Positions 9,032-18,805 of a stretch of 64,000 bases of DNA are shown here, one piece after another. A program made the translations under genes and the position numbers. Numbering within the stretch: position 1 is the first letter of the stretch; every line of letters starts with the position of its first letter. Under the pieces are notes generated by a model, which saw only the letters and a program-made list of their open reading frames with translations, was not told the origin of the DNA and ran no database searches. The stretch comes from an uncultured Gammaproteobacteria bacterium (GTDB taxonomy: Bacteria; Patescibacteriota; Patescibacteriia; XYB2-FULL-38-15). The DNA is taken from assembly GCA_965231095.1 (NCBI GenBank), contig OZ246416.1, positions 185,228 to 249,227 of the forward strand. Reading direction: 5' to 3'.

Positions 9032-9946
9032 ATGGCACTATTCAAAATTAACGGCACGTCCGTCAAAAAAATAACTGCAAAAGACCTCGATCTCGAGAGG
9101 AATTTGCAAGTGCTTTTCGAAGCTAATCTTGACGAATTGCTAAACATCGCTTTTCTTTCTCACGAGTTTCCGACTAGCTTTGGTGGCCGGATTGATACAC
9201 TCGGCATCGACAAAGACGGCGCCCCCTGCATTATTGAATATAAGAAAAATCAGAATGACAGCGTGATTAATCAGGGTCTATCTTATCTCTACTGGTTACT
9301 GGATCACAAGGCTGATTTTGAAAAAATTTGCCAGAATAAAAAAATCGGGATTGAAATCGATTGGGATTCTCCTCGGGTAATTTGCATTGCGGAAAGCTAT
9401 AACAAGTTTGATCTCGACACTGTAAACATTTTGCCCATCAATGTCGAACTGTGGAGGTATCGCATCTATGATGAAAACATACTCTTTTTAGAGCCGGAAA
9501 ATTTTCAAAAGGTCAGGGTATCTACAGCCAATATTGTCAGAAAAAGTAAGCACGATAAAGAAAAGCAGCAAATAATTCAGAAAAACTATTCGGTGGATGA
9601 ACACCTTGAAAAAGCAGGCGAGGATATTAAATCGTTATTTTTTAAATTGCGTGAGAAAATAATCTCTCTTGATACTGAGATTAAAGAAGAGCCACAAAAA
9701 CATTATATTGCCTATAAGCTATCCACTAATTTCGCCGATATTGAAGTCTATCGCAACCAGCTTAAGATTTTTATAAATGTGAAAAGTGGACAACTTGTCG
9801 ATCATGATTCTATTGCCCGGGACATGGAAAATCCGAAACATATCGGTCACCACGGCAACGGTGATTATGAGGTAAGGCTTGAAAGCGAAAATAATTTGGA
9901 CGCGGTATTTTCCCTCATCAAGCAGAGCTACGACGTAAACAAATAA
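9032..9946 (+). CDS. PD-(D/E)xK nuclease-fold protein (304 aa)
   Basis: GRIDTLGIDKDGAPCIIEYKK reads as D ... D ... hhhhEYK in the spacing of a restriction-endonuclease-like core. It starts 5 nt after the Fic stop and ends 10 nt before Mod. Confidence 0.4.
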   Translation: MALFKINGTSVKKITAKDLDLERNLQVLFEANLDELLNIAFLSHEFPTSFGGRIDTLGIDKDGAPCIIEYKKNQNDSVINQGLSYLYWLLDHKADFEKICQNKKIGIEIDWDSPRVICIAESYNKFDLDTVNILPINVELWRYRIYDENILFLEPENFQKVRVSTANIVRKSKHDKEKQQIIQKNYSVDEHLEKAGEDIKSLFFKLREKIISLDTEIKEEPQKHYIAYKLSTNFADIEVYRNQLKIFINVKSGQLVDHDSIARDMENPKHIGHHGNGDYEVRLESENNLDAVFSLIKQSYDVNK

Positions 9947-9956
9947 TTTAAAAATT

Positions 9957-11852
9957 ATGGCAACTAAACCTAAAAAAGTAAATCTCACATCCTCAAATCT
10001 CAGCGAAGAAAAGCTATGGGATCTTCGCCGGATATTGCCGGAAGCTTTTAGTGAAAACAAAATCGACTGGGACAGGTTAAAAACTGTCCTCGGTGATCAC
10101 ATTGATCCTCGAATCGAAAAGTTTGGGTTCTCTTGGGCTGGCAAAAATAATGCACTACAAAGTGTATTAATTCCTAGCGCCGCGACATTAAAGCCCGCAA
10201 CAAAAAAAGGTCTTAAATTTGAGAGTAGTGAGAATCTATTTATTGAAGGAGACAATCTCGAAGTTCTTAAATTGCTACAAAAATCTTATTTTGAAAAGGT
10301 AAAAGTTATTTACATCGATCCACCTTACAACACTGGATCAGACTTCATCTACAAGGATAATTTTTCAACCCCAATTAAGGGATACCTTGAGCAAACAGGT
10401 CAAGTAGACACTGAGGGTCAAAAACTGCAAACCAATCGAGAAACAAACGGACGCTATCATAGCGATTGGCTCTCAATGATGTATCCGAGATTAAAGCTCG
10501 CTTGGAATTTATTGCGCGATGATGGCGCTATGTTCGTTAGTATCGACGATAATGAAGTTCATCATTTGAGGATATTGATGGATGAGATTTTTGGCGAGGA
10601 AAACTTTATTACACAAATAATTTGGGAGAATCGTGAGGGGGGAGGAGGTTCTGATAGTAAAAATTTCAAAATCAAGCATGAATATGTTTTATGTTATGCA
10701 AAGGACGCTGGACAGCTTCAAGTCTTAGGAGAGGAAGTAGAGAATGATGATGATTACACCAATCAAGATGAATACGTAAAGGAGAGAGGAAAATTTAAAC
10801 TCATTAAACTTAACAGCTTCAGCATCCAGTATTCCGCCTCGCTAGATTACCCAATTAAATCTCCTGATGGCACTGATATACATCCAAGCGAAGACGGAAA
10901 GCGGGGATGTTGGAGATGGTCTAAGAAAAAATTTGAATGGGGTGTGCAGAGTGGGTTTATTGAATTTAAGAAAAATGGAAATGGTAAATGGATTGTATAT
11001 ACCAAACAATACTTTAAGGTTGATAATGAAAACCAGCCGATAACCAGAACACTTCCTCCATTGGCTGTGATCCAAGAATATTCGAGTACGATGGCCACAA
11101 AACAAATGGAGGCCATATTCGGAAAAAAGAAAATATTCGATTATTCAAAACCATACCCACTGATAAAAAAACTTGTCCGTTTTGTGTCTAAAAAAAGTAG
11201 TGATGATATCATTCTCGACTTTTTTGCTGGATCAGCTACTACGGGACATGCAGTACTATCGCTTAACCAAGACGACGGTGGACATCGCAAATTTGTCCTT
11301 GTTCAGCTTCCGGAATTAATTGATGTGAAATCAGAGGCATATAAATCAGGCTACCGAACAATTACTGAAATTGGTATTGATCGATTAAAAAAGGTCATAA
11401 AAGGCTATGGCGAAAATTCTCCAATTGACGATGGGTTTAAAGTATTCGAATTAGGTAACTCTAACTATCCAGAGAATAATTTTGACTTTGATCCAGATAA
11501 GAGTGAGCAAGAAAATAAAAAGGCATTTGAAGCATATCTTGCAAAAGCAAAGCAGGCTTCTTTATTCGATGCCGAGAATGGCATTGATGTTGTTTATGAA
11601 AACATCGTAAAAGAAGGCTTGTCCCTAAATGCAAAAGTGACAGAGCAGAAGCTCGGTAAAAATAAAGTGTATGTGGTCACTGATGGCGAACGGTCACTGT
11701 TGGTTTGCTTAGACAAGAAGGTCGAGTCGGAGACGATCAAAGAACTTACTAGCCACGAATACAAAGATCGGATATTTATCTGCATCGATAAAGCTCTAGA
11801 TGACACTGGCAAGGCAAATCTTGGCCTCAATCTTGAGCTAAAAACAATCTAA
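9957..11852 (+). CDS. mod: Type III restriction-modification methyltransferase (Mod), N6-adenine
   Basis: Motif IV DPPYNT. Region SIDDNEVHHLRILMDEIFGEENF is typical of Type III Mod. Motif I is FFAGSATTGHAV. A central variable TRD-like region is present. Confidence 0.75.
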   Translation: MATKPKKVNLTSSNLSEEKLWDLRRILPEAFSENKIDWDRLKTVLGDHIDPRIEKFGFSWAGKNNALQSVLIPSAATLKPATKKGLKFESSENLFIEGDNLEVLKLLQKSYFEKVKVIYIDPPYNTGSDFIYKDNFSTPIKGYLEQTGQVDTEGQKLQTNRETNGRYHSDWLSMMYPRLKLAWNLLRDDGAMFVSIDDNEVHHLRILMDEIFGEENFITQIIWENREGGGGSDSKNFKIKHEYVLCYAKDAGQLQVLGEEVENDDDYTNQDEYVKERGKFKLIKLNSFSIQYSASLDYPIKSPDGTDIHPSEDGKRGCWRWSKKKFEWGVQSGFIEFKKNGNGKWIVYTKQYFKVDNENQPITRTLPPLAVIQEYSSTMATKQMEAIFGKKKIFDYSKPYPLIKKLVRFVSKKSSDDIILDFFAGSATTGHAVLSLNQDDGGHRKFVLVQLPELIDVKSEAYKSGYRTITEIGIDRLKKVIKGYGENSPIDDGFKVFELGNSNYPENNFDFDPDKSEQENKKAFEAYLAKAKQASLFDAENGIDVVYENIVKEGLSLNAKVTEQKLGKNKVYVVTDGERSLLVCLDKKVESETIKELTSHEYKDRIFICIDKALDDTGKANLGLNLELKTI

Positions 11853-11856
11853 AGTT

Positions 11857-14466
11857 ATGAAGTTAAAATTCGACGCAAATCAAGAATACCAAATCGATGC
11901 AATCAGCGCCGCTGTTGATCTATTCGAAGGTCAGGATAAAAGCGCAAGTAAAATGTTTGCGGGCAATGGACTGCTAGGAATCTACCCAAACATTCTTTCC
12001 CTCTCTAAAGATGATATTTTGGCTAACTGCAGCAGGGTGCAAGAGCACAACAAAACCAAAAATGGAGATGGAACATCCGACTTCGACTTCTCAATCGAAA
12101 TGGAAACCGGAACCGGTAAAACCTACGTCTATCTCCGCACTGTCTTTGAGTTGAATAAAAAATACGGCTGGAAAAAATTTATTGTGTTGGTGCCGTCCGT
12201 TGCTATACGAGAAGGGGTTATTAAGACACTTAACATCACCAAAGACCATTTCGCTGATCTTTACGATAATACGCCGTACCGTTTTTATGAATATCAGTCC
12301 AAGAATATTTCCCAGGTAAAGCACTTTGCCGACAGTTCCAACATCGAGATAATGGTCATGACTATCGGCGCTTTTAATAAAGACACTAACGTACTGTATA
12401 GCGAACGTGACCAGATGCATGGTGAACAGCCGATCAGCTATATCCAAAAGACCAATCCTATTTTAATCCTGGACGAACCGCAGAACATGGAAGGCGAGGC
12501 TACAAAAAAAGCTCTCGACAATTTCAATTCACTTTTCCGCCTACGCTACTCGGCGACCCACCGGAATGTTTATAACCTCATTTACCAACTCGCACCGTAT
12601 GACGCATATCAGATGGGTTTGGTAAAGAAGATCGAGGTCTTTTCAGTAGTGGATGACGATAATGCAACATCCGCGCCATTGCTTAATCTCATCGAAGTGA
12701 AGCCAAGCAAAACCGCAATTAAGGCCCAGATCGAGGTCATCGTAAAAGACGATCAGGGTAATGGCAAAAAGAAAAAAATAAGTGTTAAGCAAGGCGATGA
12801 TCTTGCGAAGAAAACTGAGAACTCAGCCTACGATGGCTACATTGTCGACGAGCTTACTGCGGACGCTCCGGACTTCGGTTCAATCGGTTCCGTGCGCTTC
12901 CGAAACAATGTTCAGGTCAAACAAGGCGAAGGCATCGGTGGCAACAGGCAAGATGTCATGAAAGAACAGATTGCCGAGACTATTAAGCTCCATTTTGAGA
13001 AGAAAAAGAAACTGAAGGAGGTGGGCATCAAAGTTTTATCCCTGTTTTTTATCGATCGCGTAGACAACTATGTCCGGGATGACGGTTTTATACGGCAAAC
13101 ATTTATTCAGCAGTTCAATACTCTTAAAAAAGAATACGGCGAAAGCAACACTGATGTGAGCAAGGTTCACAAAGGCTACTTCGCCATGAAGAATGCCACA
13201 GAGTACATCGAACGCGAATCTGCTATTGCGGAAAACAAGGAGGCATACGAGCTGATCATGAAAGATAAAGAGCGATTGCTTTCCTTTGATGAAGCGACTG
13301 AATTTATTTTCTCGCACTCGGCCCTCAAGGAAGGCTGGGACAATCCTAATATTTTTAACATCTGCACTCTCAATCTGACTTCCTCAACTATGAAAAAGAG
13401 ACAAGAGATAGGTCGTGGTATGCGACTTTGCGTGGATCAATCAGGTGAGCGCATCTTTCTTAAAAACATAAACCTATTGTCGGTCATCGCAAACGAAAGC
13501 TATTCCAGCTATGTGGCGGGCTTACAATCAGAGTTTGTCGAGGATGGCATATACAAAGCACCTCCTGTTCCAAATAATGCCAAGAGCAAAGTTACCGTAA
13601 AGCTCAAAAAGGGATTCGATAAAGATGAAAATTTCCAGGCAATTTGGGATCGTATCTCTAAAAAAACTAAATACGTTGTTCGCGTAAACGCTGATCGCGT
13701 CATTGAAAAAACATCCAAGCGCATTGGGGAGCTTCGGGTCTCAAAGCCACAGATCAAAATTGAGCGGGCTGGCATATCCATTGCGAAGGAAGGTATCGGT
13801 GCGAGCATCATCGGTGGCCAGTCTCAGGAGATGACCCAAACTCGCCGTATGATCGACTGTGTGGAATCCATTAAAAACGAAACCAAGCTGACCCGTGAGA
13901 CTGTCGCCACGATCCTGCAAAAGTCTGATAACTTCAAGTCCCTAGCAAATAATCCTGATCGATTCACTTACGAGACAATCAAGATCATCCGCGAGGAATT
14001 GGTCCGGGATTACGTGGAGCAGATCGCTTATGAAGTGATGCCGGAAAAATACGACGTTAGCCAATTCGAGAATATCCTAAGCTATAAAGATGTGACCCAA
14101 CCGGTTAATCGTTCAATTTACGATGCGATAGTTTACGACTCTGAAGTGGAGCAAAAGTTTGCCGTTGATCTCGATCAGGACGAGCGTATCAAATTATTTA
14201 TAAAGCTTCCTGGATGGTTCAAGATTGAGACGCCGGTCGGTGGCTATAATCCCGATTGGGCAATTGTTACTGCTAAGCGGGATCTGCGCGGTAAGGAAGA
14301 TACAGAGAAGGTCTATTTCGTAATTGAGACTAAGGGCGGGACGAATCTGCGCTCATCCGAACGCGCCAAGATCGACTCGGCAAAAAAGCACTTTGAGGTG
14401 ATCTCAGTTAATTACAAAGAGATCAATAGCGGGTATGAACAGTTCAAGCAAGAATGTATGAATTAA
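11857..14466 (+). CDS. res: Type III restriction enzyme Res subunit (SF2 helicase plus C-terminal PD-(D/E)xK)
   Basis: Motif I TGTGKTY (Walker A, METGTGKTYVYL). Walker B / DEAH-like ILILDEPQNM. Motif VI QEIGRGMRL. C-terminal nuclease motifs YNPDWAIV and FVIETKG. It starts 5 nt after the Mod stop. Confidence 0.75.
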   Translation: MKLKFDANQEYQIDAISAAVDLFEGQDKSASKMFAGNGLLGIYPNILSLSKDDILANCSRVQEHNKTKNGDGTSDFDFSIEMETGTGKTYVYLRTVFELNKKYGWKKFIVLVPSVAIREGVIKTLNITKDHFADLYDNTPYRFYEYQSKNISQVKHFADSSNIEIMVMTIGAFNKDTNVLYSERDQMHGEQPISYIQKTNPILILDEPQNMEGEATKKALDNFNSLFRLRYSATHRNVYNLIYQLAPYDAYQMGLVKKIEVFSVVDDDNATSAPLLNLIEVKPSKTAIKAQIEVIVKDDQGNGKKKKISVKQGDDLAKKTENSAYDGYIVDELTADAPDFGSIGSVRFRNNVQVKQGEGIGGNRQDVMKEQIAETIKLHFEKKKKLKEVGIKVLSLFFIDRVDNYVRDDGFIRQTFIQQFNTLKKEYGESNTDVSKVHKGYFAMKNATEYIERESAIAENKEAYELIMKDKERLLSFDEATEFIFSHSALKEGWDNPNIFNICTLNLTSSTMKKRQEIGRGMRLCVDQSGERIFLKNINLLSVIANESYSSYVAGLQSEFVEDGIYKAPPVPNNAKSKVTVKLKKGFDKDENFQAIWDRISKKTKYVVRVNADRVIEKTSKRIGELRVSKPQIKIERAGISIAKEGIGASIIGGQSQEMTQTRRMIDCVESIKNETKLTRETVATILQKSDNFKSLANNPDRFTYETIKIIREELVRDYVEQIAYEVMPEKYDVSQFENILSYKDVTQPVNRSIYDAIVYDSEVEQKFAVDLDQDERIKLFIKLPGWFKIETPVGGYNPDWAIVTAKRDLRGKEDTEKVYFVIETKGGTNLRSSERAKIDSAKKHFEVISVNYKEINSGYEQFKQECMN

Positions 14467-14470
14467 AAAT

Positions 14471-15454
14471 ATGAAAAATACTTTATACAAAACTGGCTTG
14501 GGGCAATATATTCTAGGGGACTCTCAAAAACTTATTGAGAGCGGTTCTCTTGATCAGTATAAAAACAAAGTCCAACTGATCTTATTCTCTCCACCCTTCC
14601 CCTTAAACGCAAAAAAGAAATATGGCAACAAGCTCGGAAAGGAATACAAAAAATGGTTGGCCGACCTTGCGCCACTATTTACGAAGCTATTAAAAAAAGA
14701 CGGCTCGATCGTAGTAGAGCTGGGCAATGCATGGGAACCTAAGCGGCCGGTCCAAGCCTTACTTTCTCTTGAATCGCTGATCGCATTTTTGAATAACCCT
14801 AAAGCAGACTTGCGCCTGTGCCAGGAATTTATTTGCTATAACCCTTCACGACTCCCATCTCCAGCCCAATGGGTTACCATCAACCGAATCCGTACGATCG
14901 ATAGCTATACGCATGTCTGGTGGATGGCAAAATCTGATTTTCCAAAAGCAGATAACCGCAAAGTTCTTAGACCCTACAGCAAGAGCATGATCCAGCTATT
15001 AAAACGCAAGAGCTATAATTCGGGTAAACGACCATCACAACATAGTATCAGCGAAAAAGGTTTCCTTACTGACAATAAAGGTAGCATTATGCATAACGTG
15101 CTCGAGTTGGAACAGATGGATGAGCAGAGAGAGATGAGGTTGCCACAAAATATGTTTAGTTTTGCAAATACCAACTCAAACGACTTTTTCTCAATACAGT
15201 GCCGCGAAAAGAACATACCAATACATCCGGCACGAATGCCAACCTCGCTCGCAACATTTTTTATAGAATTCCTGACAGACCCAGGTGACATAGTCTTCGA
15301 TCCCTTTGCCGGGACGAACACCACTGGATACTGTGCGGAAAAATTAAAAAGAAAATGGCTCGCGGTAGAAATTGACAAGGATTACGGGAAACAGTCGATT
15401 ATCAGATTCAAAGAGCCAAAACTTACTAAAACATTAACTATTAAAAAAATATGA
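14471..15454 (+). CDS. beta-class N4/N6 DNA methyltransferase (SPPF motif; likely m4C)
   Basis: Motif IV ILFSPPFPLN precedes motif I VFDPFAGTNTTG, which is the beta-class order. The SPPF/SPPY form is commoner in N4-cytosine MTases, so the m4C call is an inference. It starts 5 nt after the Res stop. Confidence 0.7.
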   Translation: MKNTLYKTGLGQYILGDSQKLIESGSLDQYKNKVQLILFSPPFPLNAKKKYGNKLGKEYKKWLADLAPLFTKLLKKDGSIVVELGNAWEPKRPVQALLSLESLIAFLNNPKADLRLCQEFICYNPSRLPSPAQWVTINRIRTIDSYTHVWWMAKSDFPKADNRKVLRPYSKSMIQLLKRKSYNSGKRPSQHSISEKGFLTDNKGSIMHNVLELEQMDEQREMRLPQNMFSFANTNSNDFFSIQCREKNIPIHPARMPTSLATFFIEFLTDPGDIVFDPFAGTNTTGYCAEKLKRKWLAVEIDKDYGKQSIIRFKEPKLTKTLTIKKI

Positions 15455-17439
15455 GCACCAAATCAGTTATCAAAAATCTAGCTTCCGTGGATATCCTGAC
15501 TGAGGCGAAAAACGCCGATGCTCTTATTGGGCGTCCCTTTTACTTGGACTACGAAAAAGCCTGTGTTCTTGTACCAGACGCGTGGAAAATGAAAGTCGGC
15601 GGAATACCGCAGGGTACATTCCTGCTTGCTTTCTACGAGAACGATGAAGGTATCTCCGAGGCGTTGCTTTTAAGAGCGCTCGGCCCGAAGGGTCTGCCCA
15701 CCGATAATGACGTGACAAGTTCGATGATCGAGTACTACAAGGACAACCTGAAAACAGCCGATGTCAAAGGTACTCAGCTCGACGACTTCACTCGTTACCA
15801 CTTCAGTTTTTCAGGACTTGAGTGTCGTATCCTGGGGACTTTTTACAAGGATAAGTCGGGGACGGTAATTTTTGGAGCAGACCTTGAAAACTTCTACAGT
15901 GCCCACAACTATACGGTCTACAAGCCATCTGGCAAAGTCCTCGAGCAAATTGTTAACTACAAGGATTTGAATGAGGTCGCTGGTGGGGTGAGCGATGTGA
16001 AGATCGGAAATGTTCGCTACAGTTCAAGTCTGCGTTTTCAGGATGGTATCGAAAAAGTTCCCGTTTACATTAGCCCCAAGGACTTTATCGGCAAGCGGAC
16101 TGCTCTGTTCGGTATGACTCGTACCGGGAAGTCGAACACAGTAAAGAAGATCATTGAAGCAACAGTTGAGATTAGCCAGAAAGCGAAAAAGGAAAATGGC
16201 AAAGACGCGGGCACTGATCCCTTTACGAAGTCGGGTCTAACAAAAGAACCAATTGGCCAAATTATATTCGACATCAACGGAGAATACGCAAATGCGAACT
16301 TGCAGGACGACGGCACGGCGATATTTGAGATGTATAAAGACGACGTTGTTCGTTACAGCCTGCTAGAAAAGCCGGGTTTCAAGGTGATGAAGACAAACTT
16401 CTTTGACGACATCGATGCCGGTTTCGAATTGCTATGCTCGTTGCTGGCGATGGATGATGCACGCTTTGTTTCAAACTTCCGATCTATCGATCTGACTGTC
16501 CCGCAAGAACTGGAAGATGATCCGAGCTTCAAAGTAAGGCATGCACGCCGGGTGGCGGCGTATAAGTGTTGCTTGCACCAAGCTGGATTCAAGCACAAAG
16601 ACACAACTATTAAATTCTCTGGAGAAGCGACTCTCAATACTCTAGCCAGCGGAATTGATCCGTCAAAGGGCATCACATACGACCAAGCCGTGAACTGGTT
16701 TACGGCGGTATGGGAGGCTACCGGAGAAAATGCCTTTTTTGAGGACTATAAAAAGAAACACGAAGGACGCGAGTGGGCTGACGAAGACTTAAAAGCTCTT
16801 CTCGTTATGCTCACACGCAAGCGCAGTCCTGGCTCTGACAAAGGTGCAGACTGTAGTGGGTTTAGAGTATTTAAACCAGCGTTGAATTTGCACACCGAAA
16901 GTGTCGACAAACCCTACGCAATTGAAATTCTAGAAACCTTGAGAGCGGGGAAGATCGTCATTGCTGACTTGTCGCAGGGCAATCCTGAAATAATTCAGCT
17001 CTACTCGGAGAAGATTTGTCAGCGAGTATTTGCTGATGCAATGAATAACTTTATTGGTGCGAAAAGCAATAATTTTATTCAGATGTATTTCGAAGAGGCT
17101 CACAATCTATTCCCAAAACAGACAGATAAAGACCTCAGTAAAATATATAATCGCTTGGCGAAAGAGGGAGCAAAGCTCCACCTCGGCATTGTCTATGCCA
17201 CCCAAGAGGTAAGCTCCATCAGCTCCAACATCCTCAAAAATACTCAGAACTGGTTTATCGCTCACCTCAACAACGAAGACGAGCTGAAAGAACTTAAAAA
17301 GTATTATGACTTTACCGACTTCACTACCGGTCTCACTAGATTCAGCCCCAACACGGACAAGGGCTTTGTTCGAATGAAAACGTATTCCAATCCATTCGTA
17401 GTTCCGGTTCAGATAGATCGGTTTACGGCAAAAAAATAA
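15451..17439 (+). CDS. HerA/FtsK-superfamily (DUF87-like) ATPase
   Basis: N-terminal beta-rich region, then Walker A ALFGMTRTGKSNT followed by FDINGEY. Walker B is GKIVIADLSQ. A sensor-like HLGIVYATQE follows. It overlaps the MTase stop by 4 nt. Confidence 0.55.
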   Translation: MSTKSVIKNLASVDILTEAKNADALIGRPFYLDYEKACVLVPDAWKMKVGGIPQGTFLLAFYENDEGISEALLLRALGPKGLPTDNDVTSSMIEYYKDNLKTADVKGTQLDDFTRYHFSFSGLECRILGTFYKDKSGTVIFGADLENFYSAHNYTVYKPSGKVLEQIVNYKDLNEVAGGVSDVKIGNVRYSSSLRFQDGIEKVPVYISPKDFIGKRTALFGMTRTGKSNTVKKIIEATVEISQKAKKENGKDAGTDPFTKSGLTKEPIGQIIFDINGEYANANLQDDGTAIFEMYKDDVVRYSLLEKPGFKVMKTNFFDDIDAGFELLCSLLAMDDARFVSNFRSIDLTVPQELEDDPSFKVRHARRVAAYKCCLHQAGFKHKDTTIKFSGEATLNTLASGIDPSKGITYDQAVNWFTAVWEATGENAFFEDYKKKHEGREWADEDLKALLVMLTRKRSPGSDKGADCSGFRVFKPALNLHTESVDKPYAIEILETLRAGKIVIADLSQGNPEIIQLYSEKICQRVFADAMNNFIGAKSNNFIQMYFEEAHNLFPKQTDKDLSKIYNRLAKEGAKLHLGIVYATQEVSSISSNILKNTQNWFIAHLNNEDELKELKKYYDFTDFTTGLTRFSPNTDKGFVRMKTYSNPFVVPVQIDRFTAKK

Positions 17440-17442
17440 CCT

Positions 17443-18801
17443 ATGTCTTACACAAGTCGAGACGGTCGAAGACCGAATGAATACGCCAGCAAATCATCCC
17501 ACGGATATATTATCCGTGATCCGGAAGTTTCTGAATTTCTGGACAAATGCAATCTGCCAAAAGCGGCAGAGGATGTTGAGGTGCCTGCAAACCTTCAATT
17601 CGATTTGGAGCCGCCAGAAAATAATCCAATAAAGCACATCATCGCCGTTGATGGTGGTCGCTCCGAGGTATTTGTAAGAAAAGACTTCCCATCCTCCACG
17701 CTTACATTCTTTCAGTTTGGGGCATTATTTTTCAAAACTGAAGACCTTGAAGCTATATCAAAAAAGGCATTCATCGATCCGGAAGATATGGCCAAGCTCA
17801 ATACCATTGAAAGGTATAAATTGGCTTTGCCGACAAAAAATATCTTGCTAAAGGATGCCGCGTCTTTCAAAGAATCGTTTCGAAAATCATTGTTTGATTT
17901 CTTTATGAAGGGGTCAAGCGGTGAGACTTTCGCGGAGACGTTGCGCTGGCTAATTTTCCAAGAGTTTGACGCCCCACTGGATGAATATAATCTTTCTACA
18001 TGCCCCAACTGCGCTGCGGGCAATATACCTTTAGGCGTAAAAATAAAAAAGACCGAGTTTTCTTATCAATGCCCTCACTGCAAAAAGGAAATATACATCA
18101 CGGACATTTTTCGCTTACACGAAGCTATCGATGACGAACTTGGCGCCGGTGGGGTTTTAGGGTATGTGAATGTGCTGATCGAGCAGATCATCATCGTTTA
18201 TTTAATCAAGGCAATTTTAGAAACAAAGCCAGCGATTCTAAGCGAAACACTTTTTATAAAAGACGGTCCACTTGCGTTCTTTGGCCAGACAGCCAACATG
18301 CAAAAACCATTGAGACATTTGACCACTTTCCTTTCGGAAAAACACAATCTGTTCTTGGCTGGTTTAGAAAAAAGCGGGCCTTTCGTTGAGCATGCGGACG
18401 AGATCGGAAAAAAATTGAAGCCTGGAACTATCCTGCTTCTGGACAACACCTATATTTACAAATATATCTTGCCTGGCAAGGTCGACAACACTGCGCCGTA
18501 CGCTCGGAGCTCTTATTATAGCGGTAAGATGATCTTCAAGTCGGCGGATGGAAAAATTTATGTTGTAACTATCCCTACCAAGAATGCCGACGTAGTCTTG
18601 GCTCCCAAGAAAAGTGATTTCCATAATTTAGACGCGATCCTGACTAATATCCAGAAATTGCGTTGTGATATGTACGATAATTCACTTTTCCCAGTTGCGC
18701 TCGCTAATAAACTTGTTTCCCTTGCTAACCACCCCAGCTCGGCAATCCTCGAAAAGTTTGCAAAAAAGACTATTGGCAAAACAGTCACGCCTCGCATATA
18801 A
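17443..18801 (+). CDS. NurA-like nuclease (RNase H-like fold) with inserted zinc ribbon
   Basis: IIAVDGGRSEV matches NurA motif I (hhAhDGS). FIKDGPLAF matches the NurA hhDGsL motif. Acidic FVEHADE follows. Zinc ribbon CPNC...(22 aa)...CPHC. It starts 4 nt after the HerA-like stop. Confidence 0.45.
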   Translation: MSYTSRDGRRPNEYASKSSHGYIIRDPEVSEFLDKCNLPKAAEDVEVPANLQFDLEPPENNPIKHIIAVDGGRSEVFVRKDFPSSTLTFFQFGALFFKTEDLEAISKKAFIDPEDMAKLNTIERYKLALPTKNILLKDAASFKESFRKSLFDFFMKGSSGETFAETLRWLIFQEFDAPLDEYNLSTCPNCAAGNIPLGVKIKKTEFSYQCPHCKKEIYITDIFRLHEAIDDELGAGGVLGYVNVLIEQIIIVYLIKAILETKPAILSETLFIKDGPLAFFGQTANMQKPLRHLTTFLSEKHNLFLAGLEKSGPFVEHADEIGKKLKPGTILLLDNTYIYKYILPGKVDNTAPYARSSYYSGKMIFKSADGKIYVVTIPTKNADVVLAPKKSDFHNLDAILTNIQKLRCDMYDNSLFPVALANKLVSLANHPSSAILEKFAKKTIGKTVTPRI

Positions 18802-18805
18802 ACCT

